Translations under genes and position numbers: made by a program
The notes under the pieces: model-generated
Databases searched by the model: none
The model's input: only the letters and a program-made list of their open reading frames with translations
Told to the model about the DNA's origin: nothing
From: Candidatus Bathyarchaeota archaeon
Lineage (GTDB): Archaea; Thermoproteota; Bathyarchaeia; 40CM-2-53-6
Direction of reading: 5' to 3'
Length of the DNA: 64,000 nt
NCBI GenBank assembly: GCA_005888735.1
Contig: VBBN01000029.1
Location: forward strand, 14,564-78,563
In this document: in pieces, positions 1 to 8,991 of the stretch
How the letters are laid out: every line of letters starts with the position of its first letter
How positions within the stretch are numbered: position 1 is the first letter of the stretch

Positions 1-420
1 CTTCTGCAAACTCGCGATCGTCATGGCCGCTGAGCTCTCAGACGGGGGTGTCGTTTGTGGCTTGGACATTTGCCCTACTAGCGAGACTAGTCTCCGTCCC
101 GATGGGATCATTACTCCGAGGGCAATTATGAGGACTATGAGGCCTAATCCGGCCCCGGCTTGAACATAGATGGCCCCTGAACCACTCGGGGTCGCGTAAG
201 CGTATAGCGAGAGGCCCGCTATTATCGCGATGACTGAGCTTCCACCGACGAACCTCAAGTATCTAGGAAGAGCTGACGTAATGAACTCGGCTCTGGAGGC
301 GGGGGACATTTTTCCGAGTGAGGGAGCTATGACGGAGACGAACAGTGCGGCTCCACCCATCCAGGCCACTATTGACCCTACATGGAGGACGAGAAGAACG
401 AGAAAAACGCTATCGACCAT
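1..420 (-). CDS. membrane protein, partial (C-terminus beyond window edge)
   Basis: Reverse frame is open from the ATG (rc of cat 418-420) to position 1. Translation MVDSVFLVLLVLHVGSIVAWMGGAALFVSVIAPSLGK... is strongly hydrophobic. It is missing from the ORF track because it runs off the window. Confidence 0.45.
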   Translation of the reverse strand, partial: MVDSVFLVLLVLHVGSIVAWMGGAALFVSVIAPSLGKMSPASRAEFITSALPRYLRFVGGSSVIAIIAGLSLYAYATPSGSGAIYVQAGAGLGLIVLIIALGVMIPSGRRLVSLVGQMSKPQTTPPSESSAAMTIASLQK

Positions 421-540
421 TTATCGGACCCAGTTCTCGACCAGGGAACTCACTATTTAGCGTGTTTCAGAGGAGATGCAATCGCGTCTACTTTCGCCCA
501 CCTCTCTATCGCATTAGCCGGTCGTCAATAGCGCGAGACT

Positions 541-813
541 ATGGTTCGGGTTGGATCCTGCCTCCTATGCGGGTACGAAGCGGTCGAGAATGACGTTCGG
601 AACCTGACTGACCACCTAGAGAACGAACATCGCTTCGAATACGGGCCCCTCAAAGCAGGAACTCCTGAGCTAAGGGAGTGGCTAGAGAAGTATACCCGGG
701 TCGAAGAAAGAACAATGCGTCCCGGGACAAATCCATGGATTGAAAGATTGTACAGCCGAACGATGAGGACGGGGATTGGAGCTGTCGCAGGCGACTTTGA
801 GGAAGGCGAGTAG
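541..813 (+). CDS. small C2H2-like zinc-finger protein (hypothetical)
   Basis: 90-aa ORF with CLLCG...HLENEH spacing resembling a C2H2 finger. No competing ORF has better composition. Confidence 0.4.
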   Translation: MVRVGSCLLCGYEAVENDVRNLTDHLENEHRFEYGPLKAGTPELREWLEKYTRVEERTMRPGTNPWIERLYSRTMRTGIGAVAGDFEEGE

Positions 814-875
814 ACGGGAGAGTAAGACTGGACTGAACTTCGGCCCATAGCAATACTCTCTTGAACTGAGATCGA

Positions 876-2066
876 TTAACCGACCCTGATTAGTTCGTTC
901 TGTAGTTTCGATAGTTCCTGGTACCCCCTTGTTAAGACCAAGACGTCTTGTTCTAGGTTGCATGTTCCGAACTTGCTCCTCACAGAGGGTTCGATGGTGA
1001 AGACCATGTCTTTCTGGACAGGTTTCTCGCCCTGCTTGCCGTACCTGTTCGGCCATCTCGGACCTAACAGTGGGCCAATTTCGTGTGTGCTTCGTCCCAA
1101 AACATGCCCGAGGGCGTGCATGTACTCAGGATAACCCCGCTTAACAATCAGCCGCCTTCCAGCCTGATCGACCAAGTAGCCGGAAACTCCAGGTTTCAAA
1201 ACCGACAGCGCGGCGTCGTTCGCATCTCTTGCGGTCTGGAACATCCGTTTCATTCCACCTGGGACGTTTTCCGTACCGACGAAGTAGTTCCTTTGTATGT
1301 CGGAGCAGTAGCCTTCGTAGTTGACGCCAAAATCGAGCTTCACAAAGTCACCCTTCTGAACAGTATCGTTGTGATAGCCCAGATGTGCCATCGGACTGTT
1401 GCCGACAATAACGGAGGGACAGCGGTCAGCCATCCACGCAGTAGTCAAGCCTCTATCGCTGACCAGTTTGTGCGCGAAATCGTGAATGTACCTGTCTTTC
1501 TTCCCGGGCTTAATGACCTCTTCGATATCGTCGTAGATTTTCTCGCACTCGTGAATTGATTTCTTTACCAGTTCCACCTCTTCAGGCACTAGCTTGGCGC
1601 GTAGGGCGATGGCAAGGTCCTCCCCTGACACGAATCGCTTCGAATAGGCCTTCAAGCATTTCGCAAGATAGTCGCGCATTCCTGACGATAGGCCGTCTGC
1701 TGCGCCCTCGTCAAAGCTTGTGTTGACCGCGATCTTCTTCGGCTTCTTCCTGCCGACGAACTGTCTCAGCTTTGGTGCGGCACCCTCGCTCCCATATCCA
1801 AAAACGTCGTCGTAGAACTTTGCCCGTTTGATTGCTTCCGCGTCAAGGTTTCCAACGATGGCCGTCCGTGTTCCATCCTGTTCTATGATGGCAGCGGATC
1901 GCCAAGTGAGGTCGCTGAACCTGAGGTCCTGCGCAAGTGGGTCTTCGTTGCCTTCCCGGGTGAAGATGAGCCACAGGTCAATTTCCTGTTCCTCCATCGT
2001 CTTTCGTATGAAATTCAGTTTCCTTCTCAAGAAATCCATTTTGAGAGGAATCTTGTCGAGCTTCAC
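876..2066 (-). CDS. M24-family Xaa-Pro aminopeptidase / prolidase-like
   Basis: 396 aa. C-terminal pita-bread motifs are present (DFGVNYEGYCSDIQR, HALGHVLGRSTHE, FTIEPS), with a creatinase/prolidase-like N-domain. Confidence 0.8.
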   Translation of the reverse strand: MKLDKIPLKMDFLRRKLNFIRKTMEEQEIDLWLIFTREGNEDPLAQDLRFSDLTWRSAAIIEQDGTRTAIVGNLDAEAIKRAKFYDDVFGYGSEGAAPKLRQFVGRKKPKKIAVNTSFDEGAADGLSSGMRDYLAKCLKAYSKRFVSGEDLAIALRAKLVPEEVELVKKSIHECEKIYDDIEEVIKPGKKDRYIHDFAHKLVSDRGLTTAWMADRCPSVIVGNSPMAHLGYHNDTVQKGDFVKLDFGVNYEGYCSDIQRNYFVGTENVPGGMKRMFQTARDANDAALSVLKPGVSGYLVDQAGRRLIVKRGYPEYMHALGHVLGRSTHEIGPLLGPRWPNRYGKQGEKPVQKDMVFTIEPSVRSKFGTCNLEQDVLVLTRGYQELSKLQNELIRVG

Positions 2067-2260
2067 GTCACTAGACCCGGCGTAAATTGGACTTATTCTT
2101 TTAGTTGGATTTCTAGTGACGCCCCGCGGAGGGACCGTCTAGAGTCTAGGGGTAAACAGTTCTTTCTGAGCTGTAAGGTCCAAGACCTAACAGGGGTCAT
2201 CAAGCCCAGAACATTGTGGTAGACGCCAGGGCTTCTACTCGCGTGGTGTGTTTCGAGCCG

Positions 2261-3262
2261 CTAGCCGAGGTAAGGCTGGAGCCATGACACTGCGAAGGAC
2301 GCTCCAATTGCCAACAATCCCGCTGCTGGAAGCGTGACGAACCATGCCAGCAGAAACCCCTTCAGCGTGGAACGAACATGCTCCTTACGCCCCCCACCGA
2401 TTCCGGTGGTTGCCCCGGACGCAACATGGGTTGTAGATAGAGGAGCTCCTAGAATCGCGCCCAAGGAGACGAGCGCAGCCGTAGTCACCCCGGCTGTGAC
2501 GTGTCTGTCACGGGCCATGGGGACAAGGCGTCCCACGAGGGTTCGGGTCACTCGCCGTCCCCAGCCGATAGAACCTAGAAAGACGGCGAGAGCGACGAAG
2601 AGAAATGGAATCCACGGTTTTGTCTGCAACCCAGCTGGAAGAAGGATTACTCCTAGCGCCACCATTTTGGGCGCATCGTTTATTCCTCTTGCGAGAGCGG
2701 TTGCTGCCGCTGAAATCCAATGACCAAAGCCTGCGACCTTTCCAGTATGGCCTGGAGTCTCGGCTTCTGGTGGAGGTGGAGACTTGTTGCGCTTTCTGCG
2801 GTGCAGTAGATATGTTAAGAAAAGCGCGGCGAAGGGCCCTCCTGCCAGGGGAAGGAGAACTCGTAACCCTATAGCCGCCCATGCGAGATGACTAGCACCG
2901 AAAAGATAGGCGGTCTCGAATAGAATAGCCCCTATGATCGCATGGGTCAGCGAGACAGGAAGTCGCATCAGAGTCGCTCCCAGCACCCACGCAGTGGTTC
3001 CCAGAAGGACGGCGAGGACGAAGTCGTCACTAGGCGTCGGTGTCAAAAGAGTACTCGTGAAAACTGAAAGGAGCTGTTCCGCAACCAGGACAGCGATGAG
3101 ACTCCCCAGGCCTGTGAAGACCCCGCCCCAGACAAGCGCACGGCGCGTCGAACGGCCCCCGGAACTCTCGACCACAGTCGCTATACTCTTCCCTACATCG
3201 TTCGCCCCGTTGGTGAACGCTAGGAGAAAGAGGACCCCTAGGCCCACTTCTTCAACCAGCAA
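2261..3262 (-). CDS. inorganic phosphate transporter, PiT family
   Basis: 333 aa and polytopic. It has the duplicated PiT signature GANDVGKS (N-terminal) and GINDAPK (C-terminal half). Confidence 0.8.
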   Translation of the reverse strand: MLVEEVGLGVLFLLAFTNGANDVGKSIATVVESSGGRSTRRALVWGGVFTGLGSLIAVLVAEQLLSVFTSTLLTPTPSDDFVLAVLLGTTAWVLGATLMRLPVSLTHAIIGAILFETAYLFGASHLAWAAIGLRVLLPLAGGPFAALFLTYLLHRRKRNKSPPPPEAETPGHTGKVAGFGHWISAAATALARGINDAPKMVALGVILLPAGLQTKPWIPFLFVALAVFLGSIGWGRRVTRTLVGRLVPMARDRHVTAGVTTAALVSLGAILGAPLSTTHVASGATTGIGGGRKEHVRSTLKGFLLAWFVTLPAAGLLAIGASFAVSWLQPYLG

Positions 3263-3440
3263 TTCTCGAAACTTGCTCCTCGAGCTTAGTTAGCCCGTTC
3301 TTCGGGCTCCACCCCGGTCTATATTCGAAACGGAACCGTTGCGATTGGACGGTCGTCTCGTTGCTTTTGTAGAGTTAGATGTTAGGCCTCGGGACCGGAA
3401 GGTTGTCGTTCAGTTGGTTGGTGAGTGGTGATGAACGCCC

Positions 3441-3473
3441 TCCCCCGTACCCCTCTCTTTCTACTGGAAACCC
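3441..3473 (-). repeat. ORB-like origin recognition box (inverted orientation)
   Basis: The reverse complement reads GGTTTCCAGTAGAAAGAGAGGGGTACGGGGGA. This gives a TTCCAGT-GAAA dyad followed by a G-string, as in archaeal ORB elements. Confidence 0.55.
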
Positions 3474-3636
3474 GGTGACGTTGCGAGATCCCTTTGATAT
3501 CCTGTATAGAATCGAAGATTATTGAGTATGAAAAAATGAACAGGTTTACCTAAATTCACGCGGGATAAACTACCGTGTGGAGTATTTTTTTTGTTGAATC
3601 AAATCCTCCACACACCCTAACAACAGAGAATATTCT

Positions 3637-3660
3637 CATTCCATCGGAAGCGGAGGGGGC
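3637..3660 (+). repeat. ORB-like origin recognition box
   Basis: CATTCCATCGGAAGCGGAGGGGGC has a TTCCA-N2-GGAA dyad plus a GAGGGGG G-string. Its orientation is opposite to the 3441-3473 copy. Confidence 0.55.
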
Positions 3661-3769
3661 TGTGGGTTCCGGTCAGTTTTTCGTTGTTCCACATGAAACC
3701 GTTGTACTAGAACCCTTTATTCCACTCGAACCAGCGTTGACGAGCTGAGCCTCGTGAGACGATAGGTTC

Positions 3770-5020
3770 TTGTCACAGCAAGGGTTGGACCTTATCTTCG
3801 AACAGGTTCTCGCAGGCGGCGAGATTTTCAGGGACAGGAACCTCCTACGGCATGATTACATGCCCAGCAGTCTTCCCCACCGTGAGGACCAGATCAAACG
3901 ATTAGGCTCGATTCTCGCCCCGGCGCTGGCGAAGGATCGCGTGTCGAACCTGTTCGCCTATGGCAAAACGGGAACCGGTAAGACGATTGTGACACGATAT
4001 GTTCTGGAACGCTTGCAACGGAAGGCTAAGGACCACGGAATAGCCCTCAACACGAGCTATGTGAACTGCCGCCTGGTTGGGACTAGCTACCGTGTAATAG
4101 CAGACCTGTGTAGGACACTCGGCGTTGATGTTCCCTTCACGGGCTTGGCCGTGGGGGAGGTCTTGGACCGTTTACGGAATGCCCTCAGGACTCGGAACAG
4201 CGCTTTTCTTGTTGTCTTGGACGAGATCGACGCGCTTGTGAAGAGGAGCGACGATGACAGTCTACTGTACGAACTGACACGGATTAACGAGAGTCTCAGC
4301 GATGGCTGGATTGGATTGATCGGAATCTCGAACGATCTTCACTTCAAAGACTTCCTTGATCCTCGCGTGCTGAGCTCGCTGGGAGAGGAGGAGTTGATTT
4401 TCAAACCCTACTCGTCGGAGGAGTTGCATGATATCCTGGAGGAGAGGTCGAAGATCGCCTTCCAGCCACGGGTCTTGGAGGAGGCGGCACTTCGGCTCTG
4501 CGCGGCCCTCGCCGCTGGAGAGCACGGGGACGCGCGTAGAGCATTGGACCTGTTGCGGGTGGCAGGCGAGATTGCTGAAAGGAATCGGGAATCACGTGTC
4601 CTTGAGCGGCATGTGCGCGAGGCGCAGCAGAAGGTTGAGCACGACCGGGTCAAAGAGGTCTTGGCGTCTCTACCGCTACACTCCAGGGTTCTCTTAGTCT
4701 CCGTGTTGGACTTGGAGAAGGCGCGGAGCGAGAGTAGTGTGACAGGTGACGTCTACGCGGTCTACCGTGAACTCTGCACCGCAGCATCCGTAGAACCGCT
4801 GACCCAAAGACGCGTAAGCGGCTTGTTGAACGAGCTTGACATTATGGGGATTGTCAATGCTCGCGTCGTAAGCTTTGGAAGGTATGGAAGGACGAAGAAG
4901 ATTCGCCTGGGGGTCGAGGCGAGAGCTATTACCGCAAGCCTTGGCGAGGACCAGCTTGTCAAGAGTCTTCTCTCCTATGCACCCCGCTGCCTCCATAAAC
5001 AGCAACACCTCAACGCGTAG
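3770..5020 (+). CDS. cdc6: Orc1/Cdc6 replication initiator
   Basis: 416 aa. It has Walker A GKTGTGKT, Walker B VVLDEID, the N-terminal LPHREDQI motif and a C-terminal winged helix. TTG start. Confidence 0.95.
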   Translation: MSQQGLDLIFEQVLAGGEIFRDRNLLRHDYMPSSLPHREDQIKRLGSILAPALAKDRVSNLFAYGKTGTGKTIVTRYVLERLQRKAKDHGIALNTSYVNCRLVGTSYRVIADLCRTLGVDVPFTGLAVGEVLDRLRNALRTRNSAFLVVLDEIDALVKRSDDDSLLYELTRINESLSDGWIGLIGISNDLHFKDFLDPRVLSSLGEEELIFKPYSSEELHDILEERSKIAFQPRVLEEAALRLCAALAAGEHGDARRALDLLRVAGEIAERNRESRVLERHVREAQQKVEHDRVKEVLASLPLHSRVLLVSVLDLEKARSESSVTGDVYAVYRELCTAASVEPLTQRRVSGLLNELDIMGIVNARVVSFGRYGRTKKIRLGVEARAITASLGEDQLVKSLLSYAPRCLHKQQHLNA

Positions 5021-5582
5021 AATTATCGGAATAGACGACGGACCCTTCAAGCCGAAGAGAGGGGCGAACCGAGGTTATGCGCCACTGGTCGCCGTTTGGC
5101 TGCAAGGACCGCACCTCTACAAGCTAAAGCTGGGAATGATAACCGTCGATGGTCTCGATGCAACAAATGAAGCTCTCAGTCTACTGGACGGCTCACACGG
5201 TATCCCGATTCTGCTCTCAGGCGTCACATTTGGCGGCTTCAACCTCATAGACCCCCGGGTCGTCCGACAACGGTGCAAGGCTTCGGTAATCGTCGTTGTC
5301 GGATCTCGCCCTGACAACCGGGCTGTGAAACGTGCCCTCGTAAAGCATTTCCCTGATTGGAAGAAACGTTGGGAAATTATCAAATCACTCGGGCCGCTCC
5401 GCCGGGTCCAGACTCTCCAGGACGAACCGCCCCTCTTCTATGAGAACCTCGGCTGCACGCCTCTTGAGGCGAGACGGGTCCTCTCGTCTGCGGCTTACGT
5501 TTCGAGAGTTCCTGAGCCTGTTCGTGTCGCCGGTTTGTTGGGGAGTGGCCTCTTCTCCCAGACCCGCAGGAGTAGCGGCTAG
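4977..5582 (+). CDS. DUF99 (UPF0215) family protein
   Basis: The RRIIGIDDGPF motif is typical of DUF99. I chose the first ATG upstream of the motif (4977), which overlaps the cdc6 3' end. The start is uncertain. Confidence 0.65.
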   Translation: MHPAASINSNTSTRRIIGIDDGPFKPKRGANRGYAPLVAVWLQGPHLYKLKLGMITVDGLDATNEALSLLDGSHGIPILLSGVTFGGFNLIDPRVVRQRCKASVIVVVGSRPDNRAVKRALVKHFPDWKKRWEIIKSLGPLRRVQTLQDEPPLFYENLGCTPLEARRVLSSAAYVSRVPEPVRVAGLLGSGLFSQTRRSSG

Positions 5583-5596
5583 GTTACAGTCGGCTT

Positions 5597-5854
5597 TTGT
5601 CGTCCAATCGACTATCCCGTGGACAGTCAGTATCAGAGGCTCATCGAGAATCGATGGTGGCATGGTCCCTGAAACAAGCCAAGCGGTCAGAGGAGAACAA
5701 GCTGAACGACTACTACCGGCGCCGCTGCGTTAACTTTGAACGTTTCCTATGCGACCGGGTCTGGGAGTGCGCGGAGTGTGCAAAGCACGCGACAAGAGTT
5801 GAGCCCGTGGAGCCCTCGACGCTTCCAATTGCGACATATCTGAGGAGGAGGTGA
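5597..5854 (+). CDS. hypothetical small Cys-containing protein
   Basis: 85-aa ORF with C-x7-C ... CAEC. Its TGA stop lies within AGGAGGAGGTGA, which also provides an RBS for the next ORF. Confidence 0.35.
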   Translation: MSSNRLSRGQSVSEAHRESMVAWSLKQAKRSEENKLNDYYRRRCVNFERFLCDRVWECAECAKHATRVEPVEPSTLPIATYLRRR

Positions 5855-5858
5855 GAGC

Positions 5859-6086
5859 GTGGAAGTTTTACGAGAGGACGAGGTTCTCGCCCTAGAAGAG
5901 GAGATTCTCCGGAAACTTGAGGAGCGCCTGACACCCATAATGCACCAGGTGGCCGCAGACGCTGCGAAGAGGGCTATGCACGAGTTAAGGCTCGACCTTC
6001 TATCTCACCTCAGCCGTCACGAGACCCACATCAAACACTTGAATCGGGCAGAAGCAGCCCTGAGCGAGGTTTCAGGGCTCCGGTAA
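5859..6086 (+). CDS. hypothetical coiled-coil protein
   Basis: 75 aa with heptad-like charged composition (EEEILRKLEERL...). A GTG start lies 4 nt after the preceding stop, downstream of an AGGAGG RBS. Confidence 0.4.
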   Translation: MEVLREDEVLALEEEILRKLEERLTPIMHQVAADAAKRAMHELRLDLLSHLSRHETHIKHLNRAEAALSEVSGLR

Positions 6087-6289
6087 CAGAGTGCAAATAC
6101 CGAGAGCGACCATCTTTCTTACGCTGTCGAATGGGTCGACTAATCCAGGTAAGGCCGTTCGCGCCGCTTCAGGGAGTGTTTCGTCTAGACAGAGGTCAGA
6201 GTTAAGGTACACTTATGGCAACACCAGCCCCCCGCTCTTCACACAGATCCGAGAGCGGGTACACCGTGTCCGACAATGAACGGGGAGAA

Positions 6290-6604
6290 ATGTACGCGGA
6301 GCTCGAAAGGGCCTGCGACGAGCTCGACAGAGCCCTCGACCAACTGAAGAAGACAGGGTACACTCTTCGCGAGTTCGCTAAAGTCTTGGAACAGGACCCG
6401 ACCGGTATACTGTTCACACACTACCCAACCGGTTACATGATCTACCCTGACGAGATGAACAAGACCCCGTGGGAGTACAACGCGCTCCGACCGATTGTTG
6501 ACTTGGAGAACATTATCGAGCTTCTGAAGCGATCACGCGAGTTAAAGCGTGCGAAGATGGAGATCGAGAAACGGCTCGGAAAGAAACTCGTACCGCTCGG
6601 CTAG
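6290..6604 (+). CDS. hypothetical protein
   Basis: ATG at 6290 is preceded by GGGGAG. The 104-aa product has protein-like composition. The longer 6215 start gives an S/R-rich extension that looks non-coding. Confidence 0.4.
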   Translation: MYAELERACDELDRALDQLKKTGYTLREFAKVLEQDPTGILFTHYPTGYMIYPDEMNKTPWEYNALRPIVDLENIIELLKRSRELKRAKMEIEKRLGKKLVPLG

Positions 6605-7065
6605 TTTTCCCTTAGCCCGTATGCATTCTCGAATAGCCAGTTGAGGAATACAAGAACATCCGCCGTTAGTTCGCACCACACGTGGACTCCACCTGGCAAA
6701 CAGTCAATTCGGCCCGACGATAGTTTCACCCTCAAGCCCTCATAGCCGAACCCTGCTTTGTCGAACGAGACGGGGTTCAAGGGTTGAAGATGCTCCCTTA
6801 GGTCTTGTTCGGTGATGCCTTCGAACTTTTTCCTGTCTCGGTAGGCCAGTATACTGAGGTCGCGGCGCCCGAGCTTGCTAGGTCCAGGGATTTCTTGGCC
6901 GGGTGGAAAATTGAGTTGGAGGAAGACTCCCCATTTGGACCCGACCTCGGAAGCAATCTCGTTAATGACTGCGAAAGCCTCAACCTTCCCTTCATGAAGA
7001 GCATCCTCGTACTGTCTGCGGCTGTCCCACAAGGCCTTCCAAAGGTCTTTGACGATCCAGCTCAT
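6601..7065 (-). CDS. hypothetical protein
   Basis: 154 aa from MSWIVKDLWKAL. Its ATG overlaps the stop of the upstream ORF as ATGA (7062-7065), indicating a two-gene operon. Confidence 0.5.
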   Translation of the reverse strand: MSWIVKDLWKALWDSRRQYEDALHEGKVEAFAVINEIASEVGSKWGVFLQLNFPPGQEIPGPSKLGRRDLSILAYRDRKKFEGITEQDLREHLQPLNPVSFDKAGFGYEGLRVKLSSGRIDCLPGGVHVWCELTADVLVFLNWLFENAYGLREN

Positions 7066-7436
7066 TCCGGCGGTCGGACCTCTTGTCCTAGGACTTTCTT
7101 GAGGGTCTCCAGGAACTTCGAGTTGGGCACAATAACGTCTACACCAGCCCGCTCTCCTTGTGTTCTCAGCTCGGCCTTCACGTGTGGGAAGAACCCGAGA
7201 ATCTGCAACGAGGGCCAAGCTCCCTTCATGTCTCGGGCAGCCTCGAACGGGTCGTAGTCTGGATCGGAGAGGTCAAGAACAACCAGGACAGTGTCGGGTG
7301 TCACTTGTCTCTTCAACCCAGCAGAATCTGCCGCGAAATAGGCTGCAACCCCCAGTGAAACTGCCAGCTCTGTAATCCGTGACTGGAGGAACAGGTCCGA
7401 TGTTCCCGCGACAAGAGTTTGAGACCTTCCAGGCAT
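7062..7436 (-). CDS. hypothetical protein, receiver(CheY)-like fold suspected
   Basis: 124 aa from the ATG at 7436. It shows an alternating beta/alpha pattern (TVLVVLDLSDPDYDPFEAARDMK..., VDVIVPNSKF). The longer ORF-track start would run antisense into pyrB. Confidence 0.45.
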   Translation of the reverse strand: MPGRSQTLVAGTSDLFLQSRITELAVSLGVAAYFAADSAGLKRQVTPDTVLVVLDLSDPDYDPFEAARDMKGAWPSLQILGFFPHVKAELRTQGERAGVDVIVPNSKFLETLKKVLGQEVRPPE

Positions 7437-7494
7437 GACTCTTTCGTCTTGCAAGAGAAAGTTATAGACACGCTCTTCACAGCCGTGTTCCACA

Positions 7495-8415
7495 TTGCCC
7501 AGCTTCACCGGAAGAGACATTGTCTCGATCCGCGACCTTCCACGTCCTGACATTGACCACATTCTTGACACCGCCGACGTAATGGAACCCTTGGCCAAGG
7601 CGGGCTCCGAGATGCTGCACGGTAAGATAATGGCGACACTGTTCTTCGAGCCGAGCACTAGGACCCGGCTGAGTTTCGAGTCGGCCATGACCCGGCTCGG
7701 CGGCACTGCTTTGGGGTTCGCGGAGACCAAGGGAACATCGGTGGAGAAGGGCGAGAACCTTGCCGACACAGTGAGGGTGGTTGAGAACTATGCTGACCTG
7801 CTTGTGGTGCGACATCCTCTAGAGGGAGCGGCTAGAATGGCGGCGGAATTCTCCAAAATGCCAGTGATAAACGCGGGCTCCGGGGCAGAAGAACACCCAA
7901 CCCAAGCACTCCTCGACCTCTACACGATTCGGAAGGAGCTCGGGGCCATCGACGGATTGAACATAGGCCTAATCGGAGACCTCCGCTTTGGACGAACAGT
8001 CCACTCCCTCGCCTACGCGCTGTCGCAGTACAAGGTCAAACTTTTCCTCATATCGCCGGAGATTCTGAAGATGCGAAAGGAGGTTTTCGAAGAAGTATCC
8101 AAGCACGTGACTGCGAAAGAGACCGCGTCCTTCCATGAGCATATTCGCGAACTGGATGTTGTCTACATGACAAGGGTCCAGAAGGAACGGTTCGCCGACC
8201 TGGCCGAGTACGAGAAGGTGAAAGGTTCCTATCGGCTAACAGCTGAGGAACTAACGAAAGCGAAGAAGAACGCAATAGTCATGCACCCGCTTCCGCGCGT
8301 GGACGAGGTTGCTGCAGATGTCGACACAACAGCTCATGCGAAGTACTTTCAACAGGTCCAGTACGGAGTAGTGCTTCGAATGGCGCTGCTAGCCCTCGTC
8401 TTGGGCGCTGTATAG
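7495..8415 (+). CDS. pyrB: aspartate carbamoyltransferase catalytic subunit
   Basis: 306 aa with FFEPSTRTRLSFE, HPTQALLD and HPLPRVDE motifs. TTG start. Confidence 0.95.
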   Translation: MPSFTGRDIVSIRDLPRPDIDHILDTADVMEPLAKAGSEMLHGKIMATLFFEPSTRTRLSFESAMTRLGGTALGFAETKGTSVEKGENLADTVRVVENYADLLVVRHPLEGAARMAAEFSKMPVINAGSGAEEHPTQALLDLYTIRKELGAIDGLNIGLIGDLRFGRTVHSLAYALSQYKVKLFLISPEILKMRKEVFEEVSKHVTAKETASFHEHIRELDVVYMTRVQKERFADLAEYEKVKGSYRLTAEELTKAKKNAIVMHPLPRVDEVAADVDTTAHAKYFQQVQYGVVLRMALLALVLGAV

Positions 8416-8454
8416 ACGCAGAGTAAGCTGTTTGCGGCGTAAAGCTGTTGCAGA

Positions 8455-8838
8455 TCATATGGTCAGTAGTTTGACGCTTTTCATTCCGTCGTCTTTCTGG
8501 AATGCTTTGGTCATCGCGGCTATTCTCGACCCGTCTCCGTCCAGCACGAACAACTCTACGCAGTTGTGAAGCGTGATCTTGTTGTGAATATGAGTCTTCA
8601 CTATTCCTTCAAACCTATGCTTGAGCTTTGTCACAGATTCCTCGTTGTCCTCATAGTGCGTTACTACCAATATGGCATTCATTGGGCCGGCAAGGGTGTC
8701 CTTGTCTTTGGTGTCCTCGAACATGAGCCGGATGGACGCTCTCACTAGTTCTGACCGGCCGGAAAACCCTCGGGACTTCTGAACCTGGTCCATCGCATTG
8801 ATCATTGGTTCTGGGAGCGAGAAGCTCACGATAGGCAT
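8455..8838 (-). CDS. nikR: NikR-type nickel-responsive regulator (RHH + ACT-like metal-binding domain)
   Basis: 127 aa. The N-terminal ribbon-helix-helix is VSFSLPEPMINAMD...GFSGRSELVRASIR. The C-terminal H-x-H-x5-H-x-C cluster is THIHNKITLHNC. Confidence 0.8.
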   Translation of the reverse strand: MPIVSFSLPEPMINAMDQVQKSRGFSGRSELVRASIRLMFEDTKDKDTLAGPMNAILVVTHYEDNEESVTKLKHRFEGIVKTHIHNKITLHNCVELFVLDGDGSRIAAMTKAFQKDDGMKSVKLLTI

Positions 8839-8848
8839 GGCCTTTCCA

Positions 8849-8914
8849 GGTTGATAACAATCTTATAAGTTGTTACTAGTTTCTTGATAAACCAAGGCTT
8901 ATTTGTTATCAACC
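8849..8914. promoter_or_regulatory. candidate NikR operator in the nikR/ZIP divergent promoter
   Basis: A perfect 12-bp inverted repeat, GGTTGATAACAA (8849-8860) / TTGTTATCAACC (8903-8914), is present. Internal related half-sites are TTGTTAC at 8871-8877 and TTGATAA at 8884-8890. Confidence 0.5.
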
Positions 8915-8991
8915 CCGAGCGTCTTCACGAGTTGCACGAGTTGCCCATCTACCCAGACCGAGATAGGTGCAGACCGCAGGGTGCACCATAG

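Larger units (their letters stand above)
3441..3732. other. putative replication origin (oriC) upstream of orc1/cdc6
   Basis: Two inverted ORB-like elements with G-strings flank an AT-rich stretch at about 3510-3635. An 8-bp inverted repeat GTGTGGAG (3575-3582) / CTCCACAC (3606-3613) brackets a T-run. Extra mini-ORB-like TTCCAC-N3-GAA(A)C sites lie at 3687-3700 and 3720-3732. The region is directly 5' of Orc1/Cdc6. Confidence 0.6.

Noticed and set aside
7437-7769. N-terminal 111 codons of the 235-aa reverse ORF 7062-7769
   Set aside because: This part runs antisense through the start of pyrB and has S/R/V-rich, non-protein-like composition. The ATG at 7436 gives a compact gene that ends before pyrB.
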